DNA from: a virus
Taxonomy: Duplodnaviria > Caudoviricetes
Strand: one strand, 5' to 3'
DNA: 36,725 nucleotides
Virus record (IMG/VR): IMGVR_UViG_3300020248_000004
Location: 1-36,725 of that record
Part shown: positions 7,262-16,800 of the stretch, piece after piece
How the letters are laid out: each line of letters opens with the position of its first letter
How positions within the stretch are numbered: the stretch's first letter is position 1
The notes under the pieces: model-generated
The model's input: only the letters and a program-made list of their open reading frames with translations
Database searches by the model: none
Told to the model about the DNA's origin: nothing
Made by a program: the position numbers and the translations under genes

Positions 7262-7570
7262 TCACTTCTCACCTGTATTGCCAGATAGAAGATACTTTAT
7301 TTTACCAAAAAAACCTAGCTTTCTAACTTTTTTGTATAGTTTCATACCTTTCTCATAGCGATATAGTTTGGTTTCTATATCTGATATACGAGTTATTGCT
7401 GAAGTTAAAAGCAAGTCTTGTAGTTTGGTGTATTTAACTAGGTCTAAACAGTATGCCCTTACAGCTTCTTCTGGCATTTGTTCTGTTTCACGTTGTTTGA
7501 CTTCAATCTCAAACTCAATTTCTGGCGGTGGGTTGCCAACGATTATTTTAAAAAACTCTTTATGTGTCAT
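7262..7570 (-). CDS. Hypothetical protein, 102 aa
   Basis: Clean ORF, helical character. Confidence 0.75.
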   Translation of the reverse strand: MTHKEFFKIIVGNPPPEIEFEIEVKQRETEQMPEEAVRAYCLDLVKYTKLQDLLLTSAITRISDIETKLYRYEKGMKLYKKVRKLGFFGKIKYLLSGNTGEK

Positions 7571-7571
7571 A

Positions 7572-7736
7572 TCAGTTCATCTTAGGAAACAACTGTTGTT
7601 CTAACATATCAACAGCACGATCATCTAGCGTGTTGGTAGTTTGTTTGCAGATAGCTCTAAGTAGATCGACTACTAATCTCTTTACAGCAGTAGTAGTAAA
7701 GAATTTTAGTAGTATTGGTTTTAAGATTTTAAGCAT
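7572..7736 (-). CDS. Small amphipathic protein, 54 aa
   Basis: Hand-translated MLKILKPILLKFFTTTAVKRLVVDLLRAICKQTTNTLDDRAVDMLEQQLFPKMN. The TxNxLDD pattern is one I recall from small cyanophage proteins. Confidence 0.8.
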   Translation of the reverse strand: MLKILKPILLKFFTTTAVKRLVVDLLRAICKQTTNTLDDRAVDMLEQQLFPKMN

Positions 7737-7771
7737 AATAATCTTGTGTTACTTTCCAAACATAGCTACAT

Positions 7772-7780
7772 TGCTAGTAT
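7772..7780 (+). promoter_or_regulatory. Extended -10 promoter for the plus-strand cassette
   Basis: TG-C-TAGTAT, 21 nt upstream of ATG 7802. Confidence 0.5.
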
Positions 7781-7801
7781 TAGACAAGAGTTTGCACTTC
7801 T

Positions 7802-8041
7802 ATGGAAGAACAAGAGCCTAGTAAAGTCGAAACCATTGTAAAAGTTTGCGTACTTTTGTGGTCGGCAACACTTTTATCCCTTTCATACTATGAACCGCCA
7901 TCTGGTAAAAAGATCGTAGATTTTGATCCGACATTTATTGCAAGTATTTTCAGTGCTTCTACTGCGTCACTAGGGTTTTCGATAAAAAAGAAAAAAGATA
8001 CTATAGTAGATAATAAGAACTCTAAAGTAGGCATCAAATGA
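7802..8041 (+). CDS. Small two-TM membrane protein (holin-like topology)
   Basis: Two hydrophobic segments and a KKKK-containing C-terminal tail. Confidence 0.8.
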   Translation: MEEQEPSKVETIVKVCVLLWSATLLSLSYYEPPSGKKIVDFDPTFIASIFSASTASLGFSIKKKKDTIVDNKNSKVGIK

Positions 8042-8397
8042 AAAAGCTACTCTTACTAAGTTTATTTTTAGTTGCACCTTGTTACGCAAACGGAGTACCT
8101 TCTTGGACTACTGGCTCTAGTAACAGAACTGAGAATACTACTCAGACAATAACTCGCACACAGGTAACAGAAAAATATGGGTCAGCCCTAAATACTTGGG
8201 AAGCATCTAATATTTCTGTAGCTGCATCTGCTGGTATTGCTGGTGGTGATGCAGTATTTACAGTTGCAGATACTTCAAAAGATTGGTCACTTAGTATTAC
8301 TACTAGGGCAGCTAGCCAAATGACTGAAAAAATCACACTTAATGATGCGATTACGACTACTAGCGTTATCACTTCTTTGTCTGTCTTTAGTCAGTAA
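8038..8397 (+). CDS. Signal-peptide-bearing Thr/Ser-rich protein
   Basis: MKKLLLLSLFLVAPCYA signal peptide, VPSWTTGS...TE.T motif, ATGA overlap with the upstream gene. Confidence 0.85.
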   Translation: MKKLLLLSLFLVAPCYANGVPSWTTGSSNRTENTTQTITRTQVTEKYGSALNTWEASNISVAASAGIAGGDAVFTVADTSKDWSLSITTRAASQMTEKITLNDAITTTSVITSLSVFSQ

Positions 8398-8872
8398 TAA
8401 AGCAAGAGCCGAAGGCGATACAAACGTACAGGCTCAACCTAATGCTGTTGGTAATTCCAGTATTATCAACCAAAATATGAATGTTAATAATGGAATGACA
8501 GGTAAGCTACAGTTTGGAAACTTGGTCTGTAGTCAACCTACTATGGCTGTAACTCCTTTTTATACAGGAAATGATGCACAGGGAGAAGATACATATTCTA
8601 TTAATGAAGGATGGGGAGTACAGGTAAGTTGGATGATACCACTAGGAACTAATAATGAAACGTGTTCTGAATTAGCAAAAGTAAAGCTAGACCTAGCCAA
8701 AGAAGAACTAGACAAGCAAGTGCATGATAAGCAGCTAGTTCGTATCTTGAAGTGCGGACAGCTTCACGCATCAGGCTACATGATAAATCCTAAGTCTAAG
8801 TTCGCATACATCTGTAGTGATGTAATCAATATACGAAGTTATGTAAAAGCCAACGCAGAAAAATTTAAGTAG
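8342..8872 (+). CDS. Signal-peptide-bearing protein, cyanophage outer-membrane-protein-like
   Basis: N-terminal signal (..ARA), GNLVCSQPTMAVTPF, WGVQVSWMIPLG beta strands and a Cys-containing helical tail. Confidence 0.8.
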   Translation: MMRLRLLALSLLCLSLVSNKARAEGDTNVQAQPNAVGNSSIINQNMNVNNGMTGKLQFGNLVCSQPTMAVTPFYTGNDAQGEDTYSINEGWGVQVSWMIPLGTNNETCSELAKVKLDLAKEELDKQVHDKQLVRILKCGQLHASGYMINPKSKFAYICSDVINIRSYVKANAEKFK

Positions 8873-8914
8873 CTAGTTAGACGCCACACGTACAGGTATG
8901 TGAACTCTAGCTAC
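8869..8914. terminator. Hairpin between convergent genes
   Basis: GTAGCTAG / CTAGCTAC outer stem built on both stop codons, plus an inner CACA/TGTG stem. Confidence 0.5.
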
Positions 8915-9407
8915 CTTTATTATTATCTATCTTTTCTTTCACATTTGCGACTTCTTTTTTAAGAATCTTAGTAAATATTTTCTTAAATGTTTTCTTGATA
9001 AAAGCTAATACTGACTGCATAGCGATACCCCCTACTACGCTTGCAACTGACGCAGTACCTGCTGCTATTACACTAGAAGCTATGACCTCTGGTGCAGGTA
9101 TAGGCATCTCACCGAAAAATGGTATATTAAACGTAGCTACAGGTTCTTCAGTTGATAAAGTTTCTTTGGGTACTAGCTGGTTCTGCGGTATTGTTTCTGG
9201 TGTTAGCTGTAACTCTTCCTCCTTTACAGATGTTGTTTCTTCTTCAGAAGAAGATCCCTGACCTCCCAGACCCGACTCAACTTGTTCCAGAGAAGGTAAA
9301 AGAATTGGATCTAGATAAGGTTCCTCTGCCACAGGTGGATAGAATATTGTATTAGGTGGGTTAAGAATATAGTTTGTGTCGGGTAGATATATTTCTGGTA
9401 TATCCAC
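8907..9407 (-). CDS. Pro/Glu-rich protein with C-terminal TM segment and basic tail (start revised to GTG 9407)
   Basis: GTG overlaps the upstream TAG. Hydrophobic VIASSVIAAGTASVASVVGGIAM followed by a Lys-rich amphipathic end. Confidence 0.8.
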   Translation of the reverse strand: MDIPEIYLPDTNYILNPPNTIFYPPVAEEPYLDPILLPSLEQVESGLGGQGSSSEEETTSVKEEELQLTPETIPQNQLVPKETLSTEEPVATFNIPFFGEMPIPAPEVIASSVIAAGTASVASVVGGIAMQSVLAFIKKTFKKIFTKILKKEVANVKEKIDNNKGS

Positions 9408-10177
9408 TATGTATAAGAACCATGATAAGTACCAGCAGTAGTACCGTTTGTCCATGACGAACCGTTGCCACTTGTAATAGCTTTACCAGCAGCACCGCCA
9501 GCACCACCATAACCGCGTGATTGACCCTGACCTTGGTAATTATTTCCACCCTGCGAACCAGCAGTACCAGCATTTCCAAAAGTACCACCATTACCACCAT
9601 TACCACCATCACCGCCATAACCACCACTTTGGTTTGGATGACCAGAGTAATTGCTCTGGCTTTGGTTATACCCTTCACCGTAGCCACCGTAGCCACCATG
9701 TCCTCCAACCCATTGAAAACCAAAAGCATAAGCAATCTGACCAGTACCACCTCCGCCGCCACCTCCGCCGCCACCTGAAATCTGACCGCCAGAGTTGTTG
9801 TTTACAGTTACATATGCACTTCTTATATCTATTGCGTTACCACCAGCACCGCCTGCATCACCATTGTTAACATAAACAGTTATTCTTTGATAACCACCCG
9901 GACTGTAACCACCATTTCCTCGACTACCACCTTTACCAAGAATAGAACCAGAATTTTCAATAACTAAAGTGCCACTCATACTTGGCGGAACAAGTATGGC
10001 TGGATTATTACCTGTTCCTCCGATTGTAACTCCGCTTGGAATAATGTATATTTTTTCTTTGTCAGCAGTCCAATCATCTCCAAATACAGTTTGTAAATTA
10101 ATATCTGTTGCGTTACTTGCAGTATATTCTACAGGCCCTGCACCTAGACCTAGAAACATTTGCTGCATTGGTGACAT
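9407..10177 (-). CDS. Glycine-rich tail-fibre tip / receptor-binding protein (start revised to MSPMQQ)
   Basis: TAATG coupling, I.N.G.I.G.GG.GG and GGGGGGGGG polyglycine motifs reminiscent of gp38-type adhesins. Confidence 0.8.
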   Translation of the reverse strand: MSPMQQMFLGLGAGPVEYTASNATDINLQTVFGDDWTADKEKIYIIPSGVTIGGTGNNPAILVPPSMSGTLVIENSGSILGKGGSRGNGGYSPGGYQRITVYVNNGDAGGAGGNAIDIRSAYVTVNNNSGGQISGGGGGGGGGGTGQIAYAFGFQWVGGHGGYGGYGEGYNQSQSNYSGHPNQSGGYGGDGGNGGNGGTFGNAGTAGSQGGNNYQGQGQSRGYGGAGGAAGKAITSGNGSSWTNGTTAGTYHGSYT

Positions 10178-11268
10178 TAGCTTAACCCTGATCCTGATAT
10201 GTAACCTATGTTGTAAGCAGCAAACCATATAGTAGCCATTCCTCTGCCAGCTAAAGTTCTGTTACCTGTAGTAGCATCACCAGTATTGTAAAGAGTCATT
10301 GAAGTACCTTGAGTAATAGTTTGATCTGATCCACTATTATTGATAATTGTGACTGCATCACCAGCAGCAAATACGGAAATATTAATAGTAACACCACCAC
10401 TAGAAATATAGATGGCTTTGCCTGCGTCAGTAGCTTGTAATGTATATGCATTACTGTGGTTGGCTGCTGGTATTTGTCTTAAATTACCTTTGCCGTCTGA
10501 CACTAACCCTGTTGTACTTACGTTTTGTGATCCAAAGTTAGGAGCTATTTTAGTTCCAGCTATAGCTGCATTTGAAGGAATTTTTGCGTTTGTAACTGCA
10601 TCATCTTTAATGTGATTTGTATCAACTGCTCTTTGACTATTATCAGTACTATGGTCAGCTAACTTAGTATCATCAACAGAATCAGGTTGTAGTTTACTTA
10701 CACCTACAGAAAGATTACCTAGTTTACTAAATGTAACTGCACCATTATCTATACAACGTGTCTCTACTGCTAAGTCTTTTATATGGTTTGTATTAACTGC
10801 TCTATTTGCGTCATTAGAAGCATCGTCAGCTAACTTATCTCCTGTAACCGCATCATCTGCAAGTTTAGCTGTTGTTATACCCCCATCTGCTACAGCACCA
10901 GTAATTTTAAGTTGACCCGCCATATTAATGTGGCTACTGCATTGGTAGTACAAAACATCAGGTGCATCATGCGGTACTGTAAATACTATTTCTGTACCAC
11001 CAGCACCACCATTATTTGTTACGCCTGTGTTGTATTGATCGTTAGTGCCACCATTAACAATACTGGTTTTTATATAGAAAGGATGTGCGCCACTACTATT
11101 TCTATTTTCAAAAATATAAGTATGACCTCTGCTAAGTGTTAACGCAGGGTCATTTACTGCACCTGTAAGACCTTTACCTGTAAATGTATAGTGATCTGTA
11201 CCGCTAGCACCTAACACATAACGTAAGGTATCTTCTATTAGTCTTGATGTAACTTGTGTTAAAGGCAT
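10177..11268 (-). CDS. Tail-fibre protein with N-terminal cupredoxin-like domain
   Basis: HPFYI...YYQCSSHINMAG and AVTxxKLA fibre repeats. Confidence 0.8.
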   Translation of the reverse strand: MPLTQVTSRLIEDTLRYVLGASGTDHYTFTGKGLTGAVNDPALTLSRGHTYIFENRNSSGAHPFYIKTSIVNGGTNDQYNTGVTNNGGAGGTEIVFTVPHDAPDVLYYQCSSHINMAGQLKITGAVADGGITTAKLADDAVTGDKLADDASNDANRAVNTNHIKDLAVETRCIDNGAVTFSKLGNLSVGVSKLQPDSVDDTKLADHSTDNSQRAVDTNHIKDDAVTNAKIPSNAAIAGTKIAPNFGSQNVSTTGLVSDGKGNLRQIPAANHSNAYTLQATDAGKAIYISSGGVTINISVFAAGDAVTIINNSGSDQTITQGTSMTLYNTGDATTGNRTLAGRGMATIWFAAYNIGYISGSGLS

Positions 11269-11279
11269 AGTAAACTAGC

Positions 11280-13826
11280 TTATGTTTTCATTATATAGCA
11301 AAGTGCATAGTAGGGAGGTCTGTTTTCGTGTGATTGACCACCACCTGTGTTATCTGTAGAAAGAGTAGTGTAGCTTGGCTTTCTAGCAGCTTCAAATCTT
11401 ATTGGATGTTGGTTAGACGGGCTACCACCTCCAGTATTAGATACATTGTGGTTATGACTAGGTATTTGGTTTTCTGTAAGTGTAACAGAGTCCGCACCAC
11501 CTGTATCTCCTACATTGTAAGAGTTACCAGCACCTACTACAAATCTATCTTGAAGGTTTGGCGTACTATTATTACCATCACATAAAACAAAACCAGAAGG
11601 TATAGCGTTAGCTGCTCCTGACCAAAGAATAATACCTCCACTTGGTATTCCAACTGGTACTGTTATTGTTTCAAAACTAGGATCTGCTCCGTTGTTTGCT
11701 CGTAAAAACTTACCATCATTAGATGATGTGCCATGCTCTAATTTGGCAAGTGTAATTGCTTCGTCTGCTATTTCAGTAGTACCTACAGCATTTGGACCAA
11801 TTTTTGGATTTGTTACTGCATCATCAGCTATTCTAGCTGTGGTAACTGAATCATTTTCTAAACTATTTTTAGCTGTGTTAGCTGCTATTGCCGAGTTTAT
11901 AGAGTTAGCTAATTTATCTTCTGTTACTGCATCATCTTGAATTTTAACTGTACTAACTGCGTTTGTGCCTAAGGCTGTATTATCTACATTTCCAGAAGCT
12001 ATTTTTGCTGCTGTTACAGCACTACTTGCTATGTGTGCTTCATCTATACTGCCATCTACATAATGTTCAGAGTTTATAGAATCATCAGCAATTTTTGTGC
12101 CATCTATTGCATCATTAATAATTTTATTTCTAGTAACGGCGTTTGCTGCAATCTTGGCTTCTATTACTGCTGAGTTTTGTAATATAGCAGAACTTACTGT
12201 GTTATTGCTTGGAGTTCCAATATTAACAGTAGAACCCATTACTACTGCGTGATAGCTTGCACCAGCAGCAGGGGCAGCAGCTAATTTAACCGTACTACCA
12301 TCTAAAGCAAAGCCTTCTGTAGGTGTAGATGTACCAGCATTAGGTTTCTGAACTACACCTTCTATTATTAATAATATTTGTTGTACGTTTGTAGGTGCAT
12401 CAGTAATAGTAAAATTTTGTGTGCTGCCATCAAATGCAGGGCTAAGTGTAGATATGAAAAAGTTACCTATACTTTGTACTTCTTCCCAAGCACTATTTGT
12501 GCCGTTATATACAAGCATTTTACCTGTGCTTGTATTAAAGAATAAATCTCCGTTATCTAAGCTAGTTGTAGGGTTGCTAGATCCAACTCTATATCTTTCT
12601 GAAAAGTCGTTGATGTCTCCACTAATACTAAGAAGATCATCTTCTCTTAGTGTAGCTTTGTGATAGGTATAGTTCTGACCTGAACCTGTAGAAACTACAA
12701 GAAAACGTACTCCGTTTGTTACTGTTGTACTATTAAAATTAGATGCAATACCAGATATATTTACTGTTGTACCATTAAGAGTTGTTCCACTAGCTGTACC
12801 AGTACCGCTTACTACCATACCACCTGCATCTGCAATACTTATAACTACACCTGATGCTGGTTGTGTATTAGGAAAAGAGTTTTCATTCGCAATAGCTTCT
12901 AAACCACCAATAGGTGCTAGTTGTGCAGCCACATAATCTACGATTGCACCACTTGTAGGAAATTTAGTATCGTCATCAGTTATAGTGGTTGCCTTTTGCA
13001 TACCATCTATTTGATTAAGGTCTGCTATATCAGCAGTTAAAGCTGTACTGTCAGCTAATTTAGAAGCTGTACCAGATTGCATACTTGCTAAAGTTTTTAG
13101 TTCTTGATCTGCAATTTTGGTTGTAGTAACAGCGTCATCCGCTATTTCACTTGTATCAACTGAGTTTGCTGCAAGGTGACTAGCATCAAGTGGACTGCCA
13201 GCTATAAGACTTTTTATTTCTGTTATTGTTTGATCTCGTGTTGCATTATCTTCTATTCCATTTAGTTTTGTGTGGTCTGCATCTGTAAATACATTTGAAT
13301 CTGATACTGCTTCTACTGCTGCCCTTATCTCATCATTTGTTTGATCGCCAGTTGCACCTGCTTCTATTGCATTTAATTTTGCTAATAAAGCATCAGTAAA
13401 TGCGTTTGTATCAGAATTATTTTCATAAGCAGTTTTTATTTCTGCATCTGTTTGATCTCCTGTAGCTCCATCTTCTACGCTGCTTAATTTATCTGTAATC
13501 TCTTGTTGAGCAAATAATATTTGGTCACTATTATTATCAAGGTCTGTTTCTGTTAAAACACTACCATCAGCAAAGTCTACTTTTTTTGCACTTATATCTG
13601 TATCTCTTTGAAATTTAATATTGTTTGTACCAGAAGGAGGTATGTTACCAGAAGTAAAAGTAACTTGTGAACCACTAATATTGTAGTGAGTGCCTAGTGT
13701 TTTAAGAACTCCACCAACTGTAACATCAACTTCTGTATTTTCTAAGAAAGAAAAAGATATAGCAAAAGTGGCTGTACTACCATTTCCGTTATGGGTTTGT
13801 GACGTAGATGTGGTATTAGTAGCCAT
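11280..13826 (-). CDS. gp17: Tail-fibre protein (gp17-like)
   Basis: T7 gp17-type N-terminus (GNGS..F.I.F.FL...R.T...VDF.DGSVL...DL), (A/S)VTxxKIA repeats, C-terminal collar domain (IILWSG..IP.G..LCDG..PNL.DRF). Confidence 0.92.
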   Translation of the reverse strand: MATNTTSTSQTHNGNGSTATFAISFSFLENTEVDVTVGGVLKTLGTHYNISGSQVTFTSGNIPPSGTNNIKFQRDTDISAKKVDFADGSVLTETDLDNNSDQILFAQQEITDKLSSVEDGATGDQTDAEIKTAYENNSDTNAFTDALLAKLNAIEAGATGDQTNDEIRAAVEAVSDSNVFTDADHTKLNGIEDNATRDQTITEIKSLIAGSPLDASHLAANSVDTSEIADDAVTTTKIADQELKTLASMQSGTASKLADSTALTADIADLNQIDGMQKATTITDDDTKFPTSGAIVDYVAAQLAPIGGLEAIANENSFPNTQPASGVVISIADAGGMVVSGTGTASGTTLNGTTVNISGIASNFNSTTVTNGVRFLVVSTGSGQNYTYHKATLREDDLLSISGDINDFSERYRVGSSNPTTSLDNGDLFFNTSTGKMLVYNGTNSAWEEVQSIGNFFISTLSPAFDGSTQNFTITDAPTNVQQILLIIEGVVQKPNAGTSTPTEGFALDGSTVKLAAAPAAGASYHAVVMGSTVNIGTPSNNTVSSAILQNSAVIEAKIAANAVTRNKIINDAIDGTKIADDSINSEHYVDGSIDEAHIASSAVTAAKIASGNVDNTALGTNAVSTVKIQDDAVTEDKLANSINSAIAANTAKNSLENDSVTTARIADDAVTNPKIGPNAVGTTEIADEAITLAKLEHGTSSNDGKFLRANNGADPSFETITVPVGIPSGGIILWSGAANAIPSGFVLCDGNNSTPNLQDRFVVGAGNSYNVGDTGGADSVTLTENQIPSHNHNVSNTGGGSPSNQHPIRFEAARKPSYTTLSTDNTGGGQSHENRPPYYALCYIMKT

Positions 13827-13829
13827 AAT

Positions 13830-16800
13830 TTAAAACCTCTTTAGGTTAAGTGTATCTAAGATTTCTTCCATTTCTTCATTATACTTGTTTTGTTGATCTA
13901 GTTTTACGTTTATCCTAGCTTCTAATTCTTCTTCTGAAAAGTTTGCTTTAATATATTTTTCAATACCTGCGTTTATAAAATCTTGATTTATTCCATTCAT
14001 AACTTTAAATATTCTATTTGCTGCAATCTGTCCTTCTTCTGAACTTAAGCCATATGTTTCTATTTGTTGTTTATTTGCTTCATAACTATATTGGTCTTTT
14101 ACTCTAAATCCATCTTCTACTCTTTCAAGTTCACCTTTAATATATGCTTTTAAAGCATCTGCATTGTTATAACTTTTACCGCTAATACTTAAAACAGTTG
14201 TATTAACATATTTTTTTAAGTCGTTATATTGTTTTGTGTTTAATTTTATTGGCTTAAATAGCTTACTACTAAAGTTAGAATTTCTAACAAAGTTTTTTAC
14301 TTTACTACCCCTGATAATATTAGGTGGCTCTGGTAATAATCTACCTATTGTATAACTAGCTTCATGTAATAAATTATTATTACTTTTTGAATGTTTTGCA
14401 TTTGTAAATACATTAAATCCTCTTCTACTAGGATATGTAACCACATCATTAGTAATATGTTCTACTTGAAATGGTAAGTCTCCACCTACATTAGAAGGCA
14501 CGTTTGCTTTCATTTGTTGTAGTAGTCCATGTAAATATTGCAAAGCACCATTAACTTCGTTATAGTCTTGATCTGATAAGCCTAACTTATCTTCACTTGT
14601 AAGGTATCTTAAATTCTTTATATTCCTTGTTAAATCAGAAAAATCACCTGAGTATGTTTTAGTGTCCATCTTGGCAAATAATCTTATAAGCCTTTTATTT
14701 TTAACAGCACCTAATTTTATTTCTTTACCAAGAACTTCTATCGCATATTTTGTTAAACCTTCTGATCCTTCTTTTCTAAGTTGTTGTGCTTTCTGTTCAT
14801 CTATACCTAGTATTTGTGCAGTAACATCTGCTGGCAAACGAAGTATATCTTCCCATAAACTACTATAAGGAGTTACAGAGGATTCAAATAACCTACTTAG
14901 ATAAGCTATATTTCTTTGTCTTTCATAACTTATAGTATCGTCTGGATCAACTCCACCTCCACCTACTTCTGGTAAGGCAGTAAACATATCCATTGTTTCA
15001 TTTACTTGTTGAACATAACTTTTATTTGTAATGACACGACCTATAAAACCTGTCCAACCAATAGTATATTCATCATATATTCTGTCTAATTTTTTAGTAA
15101 AGAATGGAGACATCTCTTGAAAATCAACCCAAGCTTTAACAAAAGATAAAACTGGATCTGGCAAATCTTCATAAGAAACATAGTTATATTTTGGTTTTCC
15201 ATCTTCATCAAATAATATTTCACCATCTTCGTCATACATTAAATAAGCTCTAGCGTATGGCAGCCAACCACTTCTTAATAATGAAAGATGTTTAGCAGCA
15301 CCTTCTTTTGTTTTCCAACTAGGACCACCACCAGTTAAAAATGTTTTTGGTATCTTATCTTCACTATCATATTCACTTGAACTTATAAATTCATTTGCTG
15401 GTTGATAAATTTCTTTGTAAGCAAGAAATCCTAAAATAGTAGCAAAAGCATTACCCATGTAAATTTGACCTCTTGTATTAGTTCTCACTTGAGGATCAGG
15501 ACTTCTAAGGTCTGCTGCTATTTCTGGTAAAAGAAAAGCATTTAAAAAATTATAATTCTTTTTACCACCAAATCTTGCAGGTGTATTTATTACAGGAATA
15601 TACCTCATTATGTCTTTAATCATATTTGTAGGTGTTCTTGTAAATTTAAAGAATGTTCTCATTGGTGGGTATTGTATTGCTAAATTATTTATTTCTTCTG
15701 CAAACAAACCAAGTGGATCTGTAACATCATCACTACGACCACCTCTTATTTGTTGTGTATATGTAATCTCTTTACCAAAGTTCTTAGCTCTTTGAAATAT
15801 TTTTGCAAGAACAGGATCAGCAATAAACTCTCTTGGACCTATACCTTTTTTAAAAAATGTATCTCCTTCTAGTGGTTTTAATCTGCCTAACTCTCCTTCC
15901 TGTCCTTTTAAAATATAAGCTATAACCCCATCAAGACTACCTTTCACATAATCATCTAAGTCTTGTCCTTTTAAACCTTTTTTCAAAGCTTCCATAGTTG
16001 CATGATAAGCAGTAGAGCCAAGAATATTTGGTGTTTGTATAAGAGCATCATTAGATGTCATTAACCTACTAGGCAATCTTATAATTTTACCTGTTGAGTT
16101 TATAGCTGTTCTTAGTGGGAAGTAAGGACTTTCAGATGAGATAACAAATCTTTGACCAGTTTCAATTTTAGAATTACCAACATTTATAAAGTTATCTTCC
16201 ATATCCCATGATCTTTTCCATACCTTTAACCCAAAATCAAAGTTATACATCATGGCAAATAAGTGTCTAGTAGCTGCTTCTACTCCTTCTTTTCTTATTA
16301 AACCCTTGCCATTTGCAACATCTAAAGTACCACTAAAGTTTTTCATGTTACCTAAAAATGATTGCACAATACCAGAATATAAATTGATTCTTTGAGAAGG
16401 TAGACCAGATAAAACTCCATTGATTCCTACCTCGTTAATTACTCTTGAGGTTTGGTTAGCAAGTTTTAAAGTCTTACCAAAAGCATCTGCGTTATAAAGT
16501 TTTACCATGTTTTCTATACTTCCACCTGCTTCTTTCATATCTTGTGCAACTTTTATAACTTGCGAGTAATCTCCTGTTTCATGTCCTTCTTTTATTTTTG
16601 CAAGCAAATTTTCTTGAAAGTCTTGACTTTGTTCTATTAACTTTGTAAGAGCAGGGGATACATCACGATTTTGTGCTGTTAAGTTTTTCTTTTCTAAAGG
16701 ACTTAGTTTCATTACTTCAGCAGGTGTCATACCTTCTATGCCTTCTATTGGTTTGTTTTTAAAAGCTTGCAAAGCTCTACCTAGTCTTGTGCCTAAAGGA

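Noticed and set aside
9361-9870. His-rich, Thr-rich and Val-rich ORFs and 9-bp accaccatt repeats
   Set aside because: These are alternate-frame shadows of glycine codons in the tail-tip gene, not separate genes or a CRISPR array.
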